NCBI GenBank assembly: GCA_029569255.1
Contig: JAKQUO010000028.1
Span: 1,335 to 65,334 of the forward strand
Length of the DNA stretch: 64,000 bases
Origin: Acidobacteriota bacterium
GTDB lineage: Bacteria > Acidobacteriota > Aminicenantia > Aminicenantales > Saccharicenantaceae
Direction of reading: 5' to 3'
Made by a program: the position numbers and the translations under genes. The notes beneath the pieces were generated by a model that ran no database searches, was not told the DNA's origin, and saw only the letters and a list, made by a program, of their open reading frames with translations. Each line of letters begins with the position of its first letter. The stretch's first letter is position 1. Below are positions 1 through 8,004 of the stretch, in pieces.

Positions 1-773
1 TTCTTGGCACGGCTCATAATCTCCTCGGCGACTTTCCGGTACTGCTCGGCCCCGATGGAGCCCGGCGCGTATGTGAAGATGGATTCTTTATAGGCGGGGG
101 CCTCCTCGAGCTTGACGCTCTTGGAGATGAATGTTTTGAGGACCTTGTTGCCGAAGACCCCGCGGATCCTCTTGACGACGTCCCGGGCGAGGTTGGTCCG
201 GCTGTCGTAAAGCGTGATCAGCACGCCCAGGACCTTCAAATGCGGATTGGCAATCCGCTTGACCTTCTCGATCGTCTCCAGGAGGTCGTCCGTCCCCTCG
301 AGACACAGATAGGACGACTGTATCGGGATGAGGATGTAATTCGCGGCCACCAGGGCGTTGAGCGTGATCAGCCCGAGCGTCGGGGGCGTATCGATGAAGA
401 CATATTGGTATTTCCCCCGGATCTGCTCCAGGGCGTCCTTGAGCCTGAAATGGGCGTCGAACTCGCCGGCGAGCGAAGGTTCGAGCTTGGCCATGGAGAT
501 CCGGGTGATGGCCATGTCCAGCCCGGGGATATTGGACCGGACGATGGTGTCCTCGATCTTTTCGCCCTTGTGCATGAGGACGTCGTAAAGGGATTTGGCG
601 TATTTCTCGGGATTGGGGACGGTGGAGATCGTGCTGTGGGCCTGAGGGTCCATGTCGATGAGAAGGACCTTCTTCCCCATGAGGGCGATGGCCGAGGCGA
701 CGTTGATGGACGTGGTCGTCTTTCCGACGCCGCCTTTTTGGTTCGTGATGGCGATGATCACGCGTCTCTCCAT
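1..773 (-). CDS. parA: ParA/Soj chromosome-partitioning ATPase; C-terminal end lies beyond the left window edge
   Basis: I translated the reverse complement by hand: MERRVIIAITNQKGGVGKTTTSINVASAIALMGKKVLLIDMDPQAHST..., a deviant Walker A (KGGVGKTT) typical of ParA/MinD. The start codon is at complement 771..773. The six-frame track misses it because the ORF runs off the window edge. Confidence 0.9.
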   Translation of the reverse strand, partial: MERRVIIAITNQKGGVGKTTTSINVASAIALMGKKVLLIDMDPQAHSTISTVPNPEKYAKSLYDVLMHKGEKIEDTIVRSNIPGLDMAITRISMAKLEPSLAGEFDAHFRLKDALEQIRGKYQYVFIDTPPTLGLITLNALVAANYILIPIQSSYLCLEGTDDLLETIEKVKRIANPHLKVLGVLITLYDSRTNLARDVVKRIRGVFGNKVLKTFISKSVKLEEAPAYKESIFTYAPGSIGAEQYRKVAEEIMSRAK

Positions 774-886
774 TCGCTATTGGGACCGAAGAGGCCTTTA
801 TAGACCAGGCAAAAGATAAAAGCAAGAGACACGGAAAAAAAAGCAGAGAAATCGAAACGGCATTAGAGCGGAGGCGCGCTCGTCCG

Positions 887-904
887 TTGTCGGCGTGCCG
901 ACAA
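887..904. promoter_or_regulatory. Near-perfect palindrome TTGTCGGCGTGCCGACAA; candidate protein-binding site
   Basis: Half-sites TGTCGGC / GCCGACA are inverted around a 2-nt centre. The motif recurs at 1098..1117. It lies in the 755-bp intergenic region between parA and the permease gene. Confidence 0.35.
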
Positions 905-1097
905 TCCGTCTAACCCTTATAATGGCAATAATTTATGGGTCCATTCCATTTCTGTGGGCGGCTATGTGATCATTTGCCGGCCCACCCAACCCGCACAACG
1001 TGGACGAGCTCCTGAAGTATCACTGTCCGCCACTGCTTCTGGAGAGCGAACGGGCCCTCCCCTGCCGGAACTTGATGATTTTCGCCCGAAGAAAGGA

Positions 1098-1117
1098 GAT
1101 GTCGGCATGCCGACATC
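1098..1117. promoter_or_regulatory. Perfect 20-bp palindrome GATGTCGGCATGCCGACATC; candidate operator
   Basis: The sequence equals its own reverse complement. It has the same half-sites as 887..904 and lies ~210 bp from that copy. Confidence 0.4.
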
Positions 1118-1505
1118 CTTGCCGAATACGCCCCCTAACAAGGCCTTATATACAATCGATAGCCTCGCGCGGCCGCCACGAGGTTCGCACGGGCTCGGCA
1201 GCCGGCTGAGTCCTGGATTTCGCTTTCTATCCAGAAAGAGTCGAAGAGGAGCAATCAAGGCGTTCTCACGATGCCTGCGCGCGGGTCTCGCCCCCGGACC
1301 GGCGCAAAGAAAAAACCGATCGTTCAGGAGCCGGTCAGGGACAATCGGCGAACGTCCGAAAAATCATATAAGTAATTGATAATAAAGTAAATACAAGGAT
1401 TCTCGTATCCTGTTGAAAATAAACGCACAAGAGAGAACCGGACCCATGGCGGAAGGCGGGACGGGGCCGCTGGCGAAGAAAGCTGGACAGCCGGTCGTTT
1501 TCGCG

Positions 1506-1511
1506 TAGAAT
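1506..1511 (+). promoter_or_regulatory. -10 box TAGAAT 17 nt upstream of the permease start codon
   Basis: cgcgTAGAATgggcccggtgacgcgccATG. The TA(G/A)AATgggcc context recurs at 25749 and 40513. No Shine-Dalgarno sequence lies between the box and the ATG. Confidence 0.35.
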
Positions 1512-1528
1512 GGGCCCGGTGACGCGCC

Positions 1529-2929
1529 ATGCCCGCAGCGCCCGGCGACCGGGAACCTGACTTTCTCAGGCGGCTCGGCCTCCTGGACACCTCTTTCCTT
1601 GTCATCGGAGCGGTCGTCGGCTCGGGCATCTTCATGACCCCCGGTCTCATCGCCGCCGGACTGCCCTCGCCCGGCCTCCTGCTGGCCGCCTGGCTCGCCG
1701 GCGGGCTGATCACCCTCTGCGGGGCCCTGTCCTTCGCCGAGCTCGGCGCGATGTACCCGGAGGCGGGCGGGCAGTATGTCTACGTCCGCGAGGCCTATGG
1801 CCGGGGGGCGGCCTTCCTCTTCGGCTGGGCGTTCTTCGGCTTCATCATGTGCGGCGGGCTGGCCGCCTTGGCCGTCGCGTTCGCCGAGTTCCTCGGCTCC
1901 TTGGCCCCCGCGCTCTCGACGGGCCATGTCCTTGTCCGGGCGGAGCTCTTCGGCCTCTCCTTTTCCCTGTCCGCCGGCCAGATCGTCGCCGCCCTCGCCA
2001 TCCTCCTCCTGACCCTTGTCAATTCCTTCGGCATCCGTTCCGGCGCCACGGTCCAGAACGTCCTGACGGTCGTCCGCCTGGGCCTGGTCGCCGCCCTGAT
2101 CGGCCTGGGCGTCCTCTTCGGGACCAAGGCCGGGGCCTCGAACTTCGCGCCCCTCTTCCCGCCCGGCTTCTCCTTCCCGGCCGTCCTCAAGCCCTTCGGC
2201 CTGGCCCTCGTGGCCGTGTTCTGGACGTACGACGGCTGGTATTCCGTCAACTGCACGGCCGGGGAGGTCCGCGATCCCGGCCGGACCATCCCGCGCGGCC
2301 TGACGATCGGCGTCCTGGCCGTGACCGCGATCTACGTCCTGGTCAACCTCGTCTATCTCCTGGCCCTGCCCCTCGCCGAGCTCCGCGGCGTCGTCCGCGT
2401 CGGCGAGCTGGCCGCCTCGGCCCTGTTCGGGGGCGGCGGGGCGGCCCTCTTCGCCGCCCTGATCATGGTCTCCGTCTTCGGCTGCCTCGACGGAAACCTC
2501 ATCTTCGGCCCCCGGGTCTTCTACGCCATGGGCCGGGACGGCTGTTTCTTCCGGGCCATGGGCCGTCTGGGACGGCGGAGCCGCGTCCCCAACGCGGCCC
2601 TGTGGGGCCAGGCCGCCTGGTCGTCGGTCCTGTGCCTCTCGGGCACCTACGAATCGCTCTACGAGTACATGGTCTTCGCCCTGCTCGTGTTCTTCGCCGC
2701 GACCGGCCTGGCCGTCTTCGTCCTCCGCCGGCGCCGGCCCGGCGCCGTCCGCCCCTACAAGACCTGGGGCTATCCCGCCGTGCCGATCGTCTTCATCGCC
2801 GCGTGCCTGGCCGTTTTCGTCAGCATGGTCGTCGCGGCTCCGCTGAGAGCGCTCGCCGGCCTGGGCCTCCTCCTGGCCGGCGTCCCCGTGTATGTCCTTT
2901 GGCGCCGCCGCGCCCCCCGGCGGGCATAG
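1529..2929 (+). CDS. APC-superfamily amino-acid/amine permease (about 12 TM helices)
   Basis: 466 aa, very hydrophobic, with motifs typical of amino-acid permeases (GSGIFMTPG, FAELGAMYPEAGGQYVYV). It sits directly upstream of the corrinoid methyltransferase cassette. Confidence 0.85.
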   Translation: MPAAPGDREPDFLRRLGLLDTSFLVIGAVVGSGIFMTPGLIAAGLPSPGLLLAAWLAGGLITLCGALSFAELGAMYPEAGGQYVYVREAYGRGAAFLFGWAFFGFIMCGGLAALAVAFAEFLGSLAPALSTGHVLVRAELFGLSFSLSAGQIVAALAILLLTLVNSFGIRSGATVQNVLTVVRLGLVAALIGLGVLFGTKAGASNFAPLFPPGFSFPAVLKPFGLALVAVFWTYDGWYSVNCTAGEVRDPGRTIPRGLTIGVLAVTAIYVLVNLVYLLALPLAELRGVVRVGELAASALFGGGGAALFAALIMVSVFGCLDGNLIFGPRVFYAMGRDGCFFRAMGRLGRRSRVPNAALWGQAAWSSVLCLSGTYESLYEYMVFALLVFFAATGLAVFVLRRRRPGAVRPYKTWGYPAVPIVFIAACLAVFVSMVVAAPLRALAGLGLLLAGVPVYVLWRRRAPRRA

Positions 2930-2991
2930 GGCTTCCACGCGGATACGTTTTCGTTTAAGATGGGAGGACCGCAAGGCGGCGTGATCGCGCG

Positions 2992-4776
2992 ATGAACGAA
3001 CAGACCTGCACCGTCGAGATCCTGCCCGACCGGATCAAGGCGCGGGCCAAGGCCGGCGAGCTCCTGGCCGACGTCCTGGACCGGGCCGGGGTGCCGCTCA
3101 GCCTCTACTGTCACAAGCGGGGCGTCTGCGGCAAGTGCGCCGTGCGCGTCCTCAGCGGCGCCCTCCCCTTCCCCGCCGCCCTCGAGGCCGCCCTCCTCGA
3201 GGCCCGGGGGCTCGGGCCCGACCACCGGCTGGCCTGCCTCTACGAGGTCCGCGGCGACGTCGTCGTCGAGACCATCCCCGGCTCGCGGCCGGAGAGGGTC
3301 TCCGTGATCGAGGCCGGGACCGGCGCGGCCGTGATCGTCGATCCGTCCGTCAAGAAGCTCTCCCTGTCCCTGGAACGGCCCTCGCTCTATTCGCCCACGT
3401 CCATCGCCGACGCCCTCCGCGCGGCCCTGCGGACGCCGGGGCTCGTCCTGCCGCTGGCCGCGCTGGCCAAGCTCGGCGGAACGCCGGCCCTCGCCCCCTC
3501 CCGGCCCGTCACGGTCGTCCTCTACGAGGATCTCGAGGTCCTCGACATCGAGCCCGAGGAGGGGGGGAAGGAGATCTTCGGCCTGGCCGTCGACTTGGGC
3601 ACGACGACGGTCGCCGCCGAGCTGGTCGACCTGCGCGCCGGCAAGGTCGTCGACCGGGCCGCGTCGGTGAACGCCCAGGTCTCCTACGGGGCCGACGTCG
3701 TCTCGCGGATCACGTTCGCCTTCGAGAACCCCGACAACCTCCGCCGTCTCCGCCGCGCCGCCGTCCAGCTCATCAACGACATGGCCGGCGCGATGGCCCG
3801 CCGAAGCGGCGTCGCCCGTCACCGGATCTACGACGCCGTCGTGGCCGGCAACACGGCCATGAACCACATCCTCTCCGGAGTCCCCGTCGATTCGCTGGCC
3901 ATGGCCCCCTTCCACGCCGTGTTCTCGGCGCTCCCCGCGGTCGCCGCCGCCGATATCGGGCTGGCCCTCCACCCCCAGGCCCGGATGTACGTCGCCCCGA
4001 ACATCAAGAGCTTCGTCGGCGGAGACGTCGCGGCCGGCCTCGCCGCCTCCGGGTTCGCGGCCAAGGCCGGGACGGCGCTCTACATCGACCTGGGGACCAA
4101 CGGCGAGATCGTGCTCAAGCGGGGCCGGGACTTCGCGGCCACCTCCACGGCGGCCGGGCCGGCCTTCGAAGGCATGACCATCAGCTGCGGCATGCTGGCG
4201 GTGGCCGGGGCCGTCCACGCCGCGTCCTGGGACCACGGCTTCAAGCTCCGGACGATCGACGACCTCCCGCCCCAGGGCATCTGCGGGACGGGGCTCGTCG
4301 ACGTGCTGGCCACGGCCCTTCGCCGCGGCCTCCTCGGGAGGGACGGCCGGATCGTCGGTCCCGAGAAGAAGATCCGGCTGGCCGACCGCCTGGCCCTGAC
4401 CCAGCAGGACGTCCGCGACGTCCAGCTGGCCGTGGCCGCGATCCGCAGCGGGGTCCGGCTGATGCTGCGCGAATTCCGGATCGCCCCGGCCGACATCGAC
4501 CGGGTCGTCGTCGCCGGGGCCTTCGGGAGCTCCCTCGACATCGACAACGCCGTCTCGATCGGGCTCCTGCCCAACATCGCCGCGGACAGGATCTCCTTCA
4601 TCGGCAACGCCTCTCTCGCCGGGGCCCGCCTGCTCCTCCTCTCCCGCCCGGCCCGCCAGGCCGCCGAGGACCTGGCCGCGCGGATCTCCCTCGTCTCGCT
4701 GGCCACCCGGCCCGACTTCCAGGACACCTTCGTCCAAAGCCTCGAATTCGCGCCCTTCCCGGAAGGCGGGCCATGA
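2992..4776 (+). CDS. RACo-type reductive activator of corrinoid proteins (N-terminal plant-type 2Fe-2S ferredoxin domain plus ASKHA-fold ATPase, DUF4445-like)
   Basis: 594 aa. N-terminal Cys cluster YCHKRGVCGKCAV...LACLY, followed by the long ATPase body seen in ATP-dependent corrinoid activators (RamA/RACo family). Confidence 0.75.
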   Translation: MNEQTCTVEILPDRIKARAKAGELLADVLDRAGVPLSLYCHKRGVCGKCAVRVLSGALPFPAALEAALLEARGLGPDHRLACLYEVRGDVVVETIPGSRPERVSVIEAGTGAAVIVDPSVKKLSLSLERPSLYSPTSIADALRAALRTPGLVLPLAALAKLGGTPALAPSRPVTVVLYEDLEVLDIEPEEGGKEIFGLAVDLGTTTVAAELVDLRAGKVVDRAASVNAQVSYGADVVSRITFAFENPDNLRRLRRAAVQLINDMAGAMARRSGVARHRIYDAVVAGNTAMNHILSGVPVDSLAMAPFHAVFSALPAVAAADIGLALHPQARMYVAPNIKSFVGGDVAAGLAASGFAAKAGTALYIDLGTNGEIVLKRGRDFAATSTAAGPAFEGMTISCGMLAVAGAVHAASWDHGFKLRTIDDLPPQGICGTGLVDVLATALRRGLLGRDGRIVGPEKKIRLADRLALTQQDVRDVQLAVAAIRSGVRLMLREFRIAPADIDRVVVAGAFGSSLDIDNAVSIGLLPNIAADRISFIGNASLAGARLLLLSRPARQAAEDLAARISLVSLATRPDFQDTFVQSLEFAPFPEGGP

Positions 4777-5663
4777 CCCATCCCCTGCTCGAGCTGGCCG
4801 AGAGGCGGACCGTGCTCCTCGACGGCGCCATGGGGACCATGCTCATGGCCCGGGGCCTGGCGGTCGGCATGGCCCCGGAGATCTGGAACGTCGAGAGGCC
4901 CGACCTCGTCCGCGAGGTCCACGCGGCCTACTTCGCCGCCGGGGCCGATGTCGTCTCGACGAACAGCTTCGGCGGGACGCCGCTGAAGCTGGCCGCCCAC
5001 GGCCTGGAGGGCCGGGCCTATGAATTGAACCACGCCGCTGCCCGCCTGGCCCGGGAGGCCGCCCCGCCCGGCCGATTCGTCGCCGGCAGCGTCGGGCCGA
5101 CCGGGAAGTTCCTCAGGCCCCATGGCCCGTGCTCGGAGCAGGACCTCGAGGCCGCCTTCGCCGACCAGGTCCGCGGCCTGGCCGCCGGCGGGGTCGACCT
5201 CGTCTTGATCGAGACCCAGTACGACCTCCGCGAGGCCCTGGCCGCCGTCCGCGGGGCCCGGAGCGTCGCCTCGCTCCCCATCTTCGTGACCATGACCTTC
5301 AACGACACGCCCCGGGGCTTCTTCACCCTCATGGGCGACACGCCGGCCCGCGCCGCCGGCGAGCTCGAGAGGGCCGGGGCGGCGGCCTTCGGGGCCAACT
5401 GCACCCTGGCCGCCGACCGGATGGCCGCCTGCGTCCGGGCCTGCCGCGGGGCCATCGGCCTGCCCCTTGTCGCCCAGGCCAACGCCGGGCGGCCGGTCGC
5501 CGGAGAGGACGGCCGGGTCACGTACAGCCAAACCCTCGAAGACTACGTTCGCCATGTCCCGGACATCGTCCGCGCCGGCGCCTCGTTCGTCGGCGGCTGC
5601 TGCGGGACGGACCCGTCCTTCATCCGGGCCATGGCCGGGATCGTCGGAAAGGAGGCGCCATGA
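4773..5663 (+). CDS. Stand-alone homocysteine S-methyltransferase-domain protein (Pfam S-methyl_trans type; MetH N-terminal / BHMT / MmuM fold), zinc-dependent thiol methyltransferase
   Basis: 296 aa. The ATG at 4773 overlaps the upstream stop (ATGA). Zinc-ligand motifs GANCT and the C-terminal VGGCCGTDPSFIRA match the MetH Hcy-binding domain. The track shows it only as the tail of the larger 3135..5663 ORF in the same frame. Confidence 0.8.
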   Translation: MTHPLLELAERRTVLLDGAMGTMLMARGLAVGMAPEIWNVERPDLVREVHAAYFAAGADVVSTNSFGGTPLKLAAHGLEGRAYELNHAAARLAREAAPPGRFVAGSVGPTGKFLRPHGPCSEQDLEAAFADQVRGLAAGGVDLVLIETQYDLREALAAVRGARSVASLPIFVTMTFNDTPRGFFTLMGDTPARAAGELERAGAAAFGANCTLAADRMAACVRACRGAIGLPLVAQANAGRPVAGEDGRVTYSQTLEDYVRHVPDIVRAGASFVGGCCGTDPSFIRAMAGIVGKEAP

Positions 5664-6313
5664 CCGAATCGGAGCTTTACCCCCGGATGAGCGAGGCCAT
5701 CGTCGCCGGCGACCGGGCCGCGGCCGCCGCGCTGGCCCGGGACGCCGTGCGCCAAGGCCTCGACCTTCTCGAGGTCGTCGACAAAGGCTATGTCCCGGGC
5801 ATCCAGAAGGTCGGCGTTCTCTGGGAGCAGGGCGAGTATTTCCTGCCCGAGCTCATCAGCAGCGCCGAGGCCATGAAGGCGGCCATGGCCGTCATCGACC
5901 CCGAGCTCACAAAGCGGAACCTCGGCTCGCGCCCCGGCGGCCGGGTCGTCATCGGGACGGTCGAGGGCGACATCCACGACATCGGCAAGAACCTGGTCGC
6001 CTCGATGCTCCAGGCCGGCGGCTTCGACGTCCACGACCTGGGCGCCGACGTCAAGCTGGAGCGCTTCATCGACAAGGCCGAGGAGGTCGGGGCGGGGATG
6101 ATCTGCCTCTCCGCGCTCCTGACGACGACCATGACCAACCAGCGGCGCCTGATCGGGATGCTCCGCGACCGGGGCCTGCGCGGCAAGTACAAGGTCCTGG
6201 TCGGCGGGGCCCCGGCCAGCCGCAAGTGGGCCGAGGAGATCGGGGCGGACGGCTACGCCGAGAACGCCGTGGCCGCGGTCAAGCTGGCCAAGTCCCTGGC
6301 CGCCGGCGCGTGA
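5660..6313 (+). CDS. Corrinoid (cobalamin)-binding protein, with B12-binding helical cap plus Rossmann domain
   Basis: 217 aa. DxHxxG cobalamin-ligand motif (EGDIHDIGKN). The GGAGG RBS is 6 nt upstream, and the ATG overlaps the preceding stop (ATGA). The layout resembles MtmC/MtgC and the MetH B12 domain. Confidence 0.85.
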   Translation: MTESELYPRMSEAIVAGDRAAAAALARDAVRQGLDLLEVVDKGYVPGIQKVGVLWEQGEYFLPELISSAEAMKAAMAVIDPELTKRNLGSRPGGRVVIGTVEGDIHDIGKNLVASMLQAGGFDVHDLGADVKLERFIDKAEEVGAGMICLSALLTTTMTNQRRLIGMLRDRGLRGKYKVLVGGAPASRKWAEEIGADGYAENAVAAVKLAKSLAAGA

Positions 6314-6358
6314 AGGCCCGGCAGGCCCGCGGGACGCCGGGAACGAAAGGGGCCGGAC

Positions 6359-7831
6359 ATGATCGACGCGAAACGACCGAAGATCGAGCTTCTCAGCCGC
6401 GAGTTCGTCGACAAGATCGTCGATGAGGGATTCACGCTCCTCGAACGCCACGGCGTCATGGTCGAGAACGCCGAGGCCTTGGATCTCCTGGGCGGGGCCG
6501 GGGCGAGGGTCGACAAGAACGGCCAGCGGGCCTTCCCGGGCCGGGCGCTCGTCGAGGCCTGCCTGGCCGCGGCGCCGGCGTCGATCGAGCTCCGTGACCG
6601 CAGCGGCGCCCGCGCCTTCACCGTGGGCGGCGACGAGGTCCATTTCGACCCGGGCTCGGCGGCCGTGACCATGCTCGACCACGCCGCTCGAGCGGAGCGC
6701 CGGGCGGTGACGGCGGACGTCATCGCCTTCTACAAGCTCGTCGAGACCCTGGAGAACTTCCATTTCCAGAGCACCGGCCTCATCGCCGCGGACGTCCCGG
6801 CCGCCGTCAGCGACGCCTATCGCCTCTACCTGGGCCTCATCCTGTCGGAGAAGCCCTTCGTCACCGGCACCTTCCGGGTCGAGGGCTTCGGGCCGATGAA
6901 GGACATGCTGGCCGCCGTCCGCGGCGGCGAGGACGCCCTCGGGCGGGCCCCCCTGGCCGTCTTCGACGCCTGCCCCTCCCCTCCCCTGAAGTGGAGCGAC
7001 CTGACCGTCCGGAGCCTCATCGACGCGGCCCGGGCGGGCGTCCCCTCCGAGCTCATCCCGATGGGCATGACCGGGGCGACCTCCCCGGTCACGATCGCCG
7101 GGACGCTCGTCCAGCACGTCGCCGAGAACCTCAGCGGCCTGACGATCAGCCAGCTGGCCCGCAAGGGCGCGCCCGTCATCTTCGGCGGCTCGCCGTCGAG
7201 CTTCGACATGCGCAAGGGGACGACCCCGATGGGGGCGATCGAGACGATGATGATCGACGCCGCCTACGCCCAGATCGGCAAGGCCCTCAAGCTCCCGACC
7301 CACGCCTACATGGGCCTGAGCGACTCGAAGGTCAACGACCCGCAGGCCGGCTTCGAGACGGCCCTGGGCGCCGTGCTCGGGGCCCTGGCCGGGGTCAACG
7401 TCATCTCCGGGCCGGGCATGCTCGATTTCGAGAGCTGCCAGAGCTTGGAGAAGCTGGTCATAGACGACGGGATCTGCGCCATGGCCTACCGGCTGCTCGG
7501 GGGCATCGCCCAGCGCGACGAGCCCGTCGCCCTGGGCGTGTTCGAGGGCTTCACGGCCGGCATGTCGTTCCTGTCCCACCCGCACACGCGGCAGTGGTAC
7601 CGGAAGGAGCATCTGGGCGCCGGCCTCGCCGACCGGGACCCCTACGACGCCTGGGTCGCCGCCGGCCGGACCTCCATCGTCGACAAGGCCCACGCCGACG
7701 TCGCCCGCCGCCTCGAGAAATACGCCGCGCCGCCCCTCGATCCGGCCGTCCGCAAGGAGCTCGACCGGATCATGGGGGCCTACGCGAAGTCGGCGGGCCT
7801 CGGCGCGCTGCCTCTTCCCAAGGGCTTCTAG
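6359..7831 (+). CDS. MttB-superfamily methyltransferase (trimethylamine methyltransferase family), non-pyrrolysine member
   Basis: 490 aa, uninterrupted (no in-frame TAG). The length and many conserved blocks match the MttB/MtgB family (TIM barrel). Substrate unknown. Confidence 0.85.
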   Translation: MIDAKRPKIELLSREFVDKIVDEGFTLLERHGVMVENAEALDLLGGAGARVDKNGQRAFPGRALVEACLAAAPASIELRDRSGARAFTVGGDEVHFDPGSAAVTMLDHAARAERRAVTADVIAFYKLVETLENFHFQSTGLIAADVPAAVSDAYRLYLGLILSEKPFVTGTFRVEGFGPMKDMLAAVRGGEDALGRAPLAVFDACPSPPLKWSDLTVRSLIDAARAGVPSELIPMGMTGATSPVTIAGTLVQHVAENLSGLTISQLARKGAPVIFGGSPSSFDMRKGTTPMGAIETMMIDAAYAQIGKALKLPTHAYMGLSDSKVNDPQAGFETALGAVLGALAGVNVISGPGMLDFESCQSLEKLVIDDGICAMAYRLLGGIAQRDEPVALGVFEGFTAGMSFLSHPHTRQWYRKEHLGAGLADRDPYDAWVAAGRTSIVDKAHADVARRLEKYAAPPLDPAVRKELDRIMGAYAKSAGLGALPLPKGF

Positions 7832-7985
7832 CCTGAATCGTTCGCCAATAGGACATTTTCGCTCTGCGGGCGAACCGTTCCCGGCCCCATCTGCTTCGTT
7901 CCCGGGGATTCGCAGCACTCGCGAGTACGGCTTCACCCCTCGGGCCTCGCATCCGAGGGCCGCCTCGATTCGTGAATAACCCGGG
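7832..7985. repeat. Dispersed intergenic repeat, copy A (~150 bp)
   Basis: Aligns to the reverse complement of 33935..34100 (for example ggccctcggatgcgaggcccgaggggtgaagc is identical in both). Its 5' 60 nt also match 14771..14829. Contains an internal hairpin: CCCTCGG, a 9-nt loop, then CCGAGGG. Confidence 0.7.
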
Positions 7986-8004
7986 CTAGCGCGATTCGGC
8001 CCGG

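Noticed and set aside
1028-1034. GCCACTG heptamer resembling the B12-box of cobalamin riboswitches, upstream of the corrinoid cassette
   Set aside because: None of the other conserved riboswitch elements (GGTGAAA-TCC, GGGAA, paired-stem architecture) could be found around it on either strand. An isolated heptamer is expected by chance.
887-1117. The palindromes as ParB-binding parS sites
   Set aside because: They do not resemble the widely conserved parS consensus tGTTTCACGTGAAACa, and no parB gene follows parA in the window. They are kept as generic candidate operators instead.
954-1379. Small ORFs in the parA-permease intergenic region, including one with a GAAAGGAGA RBS-like sequence before an ATG at 1107
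   Set aside because: The predicted peptides are low-complexity (P/R/S-rich). The ATG sits in the centre of the 20-bp palindrome. No coding-like composition.
6359-7831. Possibility that the MttB homologue is a pyrrolysine-containing trimethylamine methyltransferase
   Set aside because: The ORF is uninterrupted with no in-frame TAG, and no pylTSBCD genes are in the window. It is therefore a non-Pyl MttB-superfamily member.
7770-7952. 60-aa ORF MRGPRGEAVLASAANPRERSRWG... and its near-identical twin at the N-terminus of the 33968 ORF
   Set aside because: Both arise from the dispersed intergenic repeat read in one frame. They lack a start context and are better explained as repeat DNA than as a conserved small-protein family. 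The true cysteine desulfurase start is the ATG at 34154.
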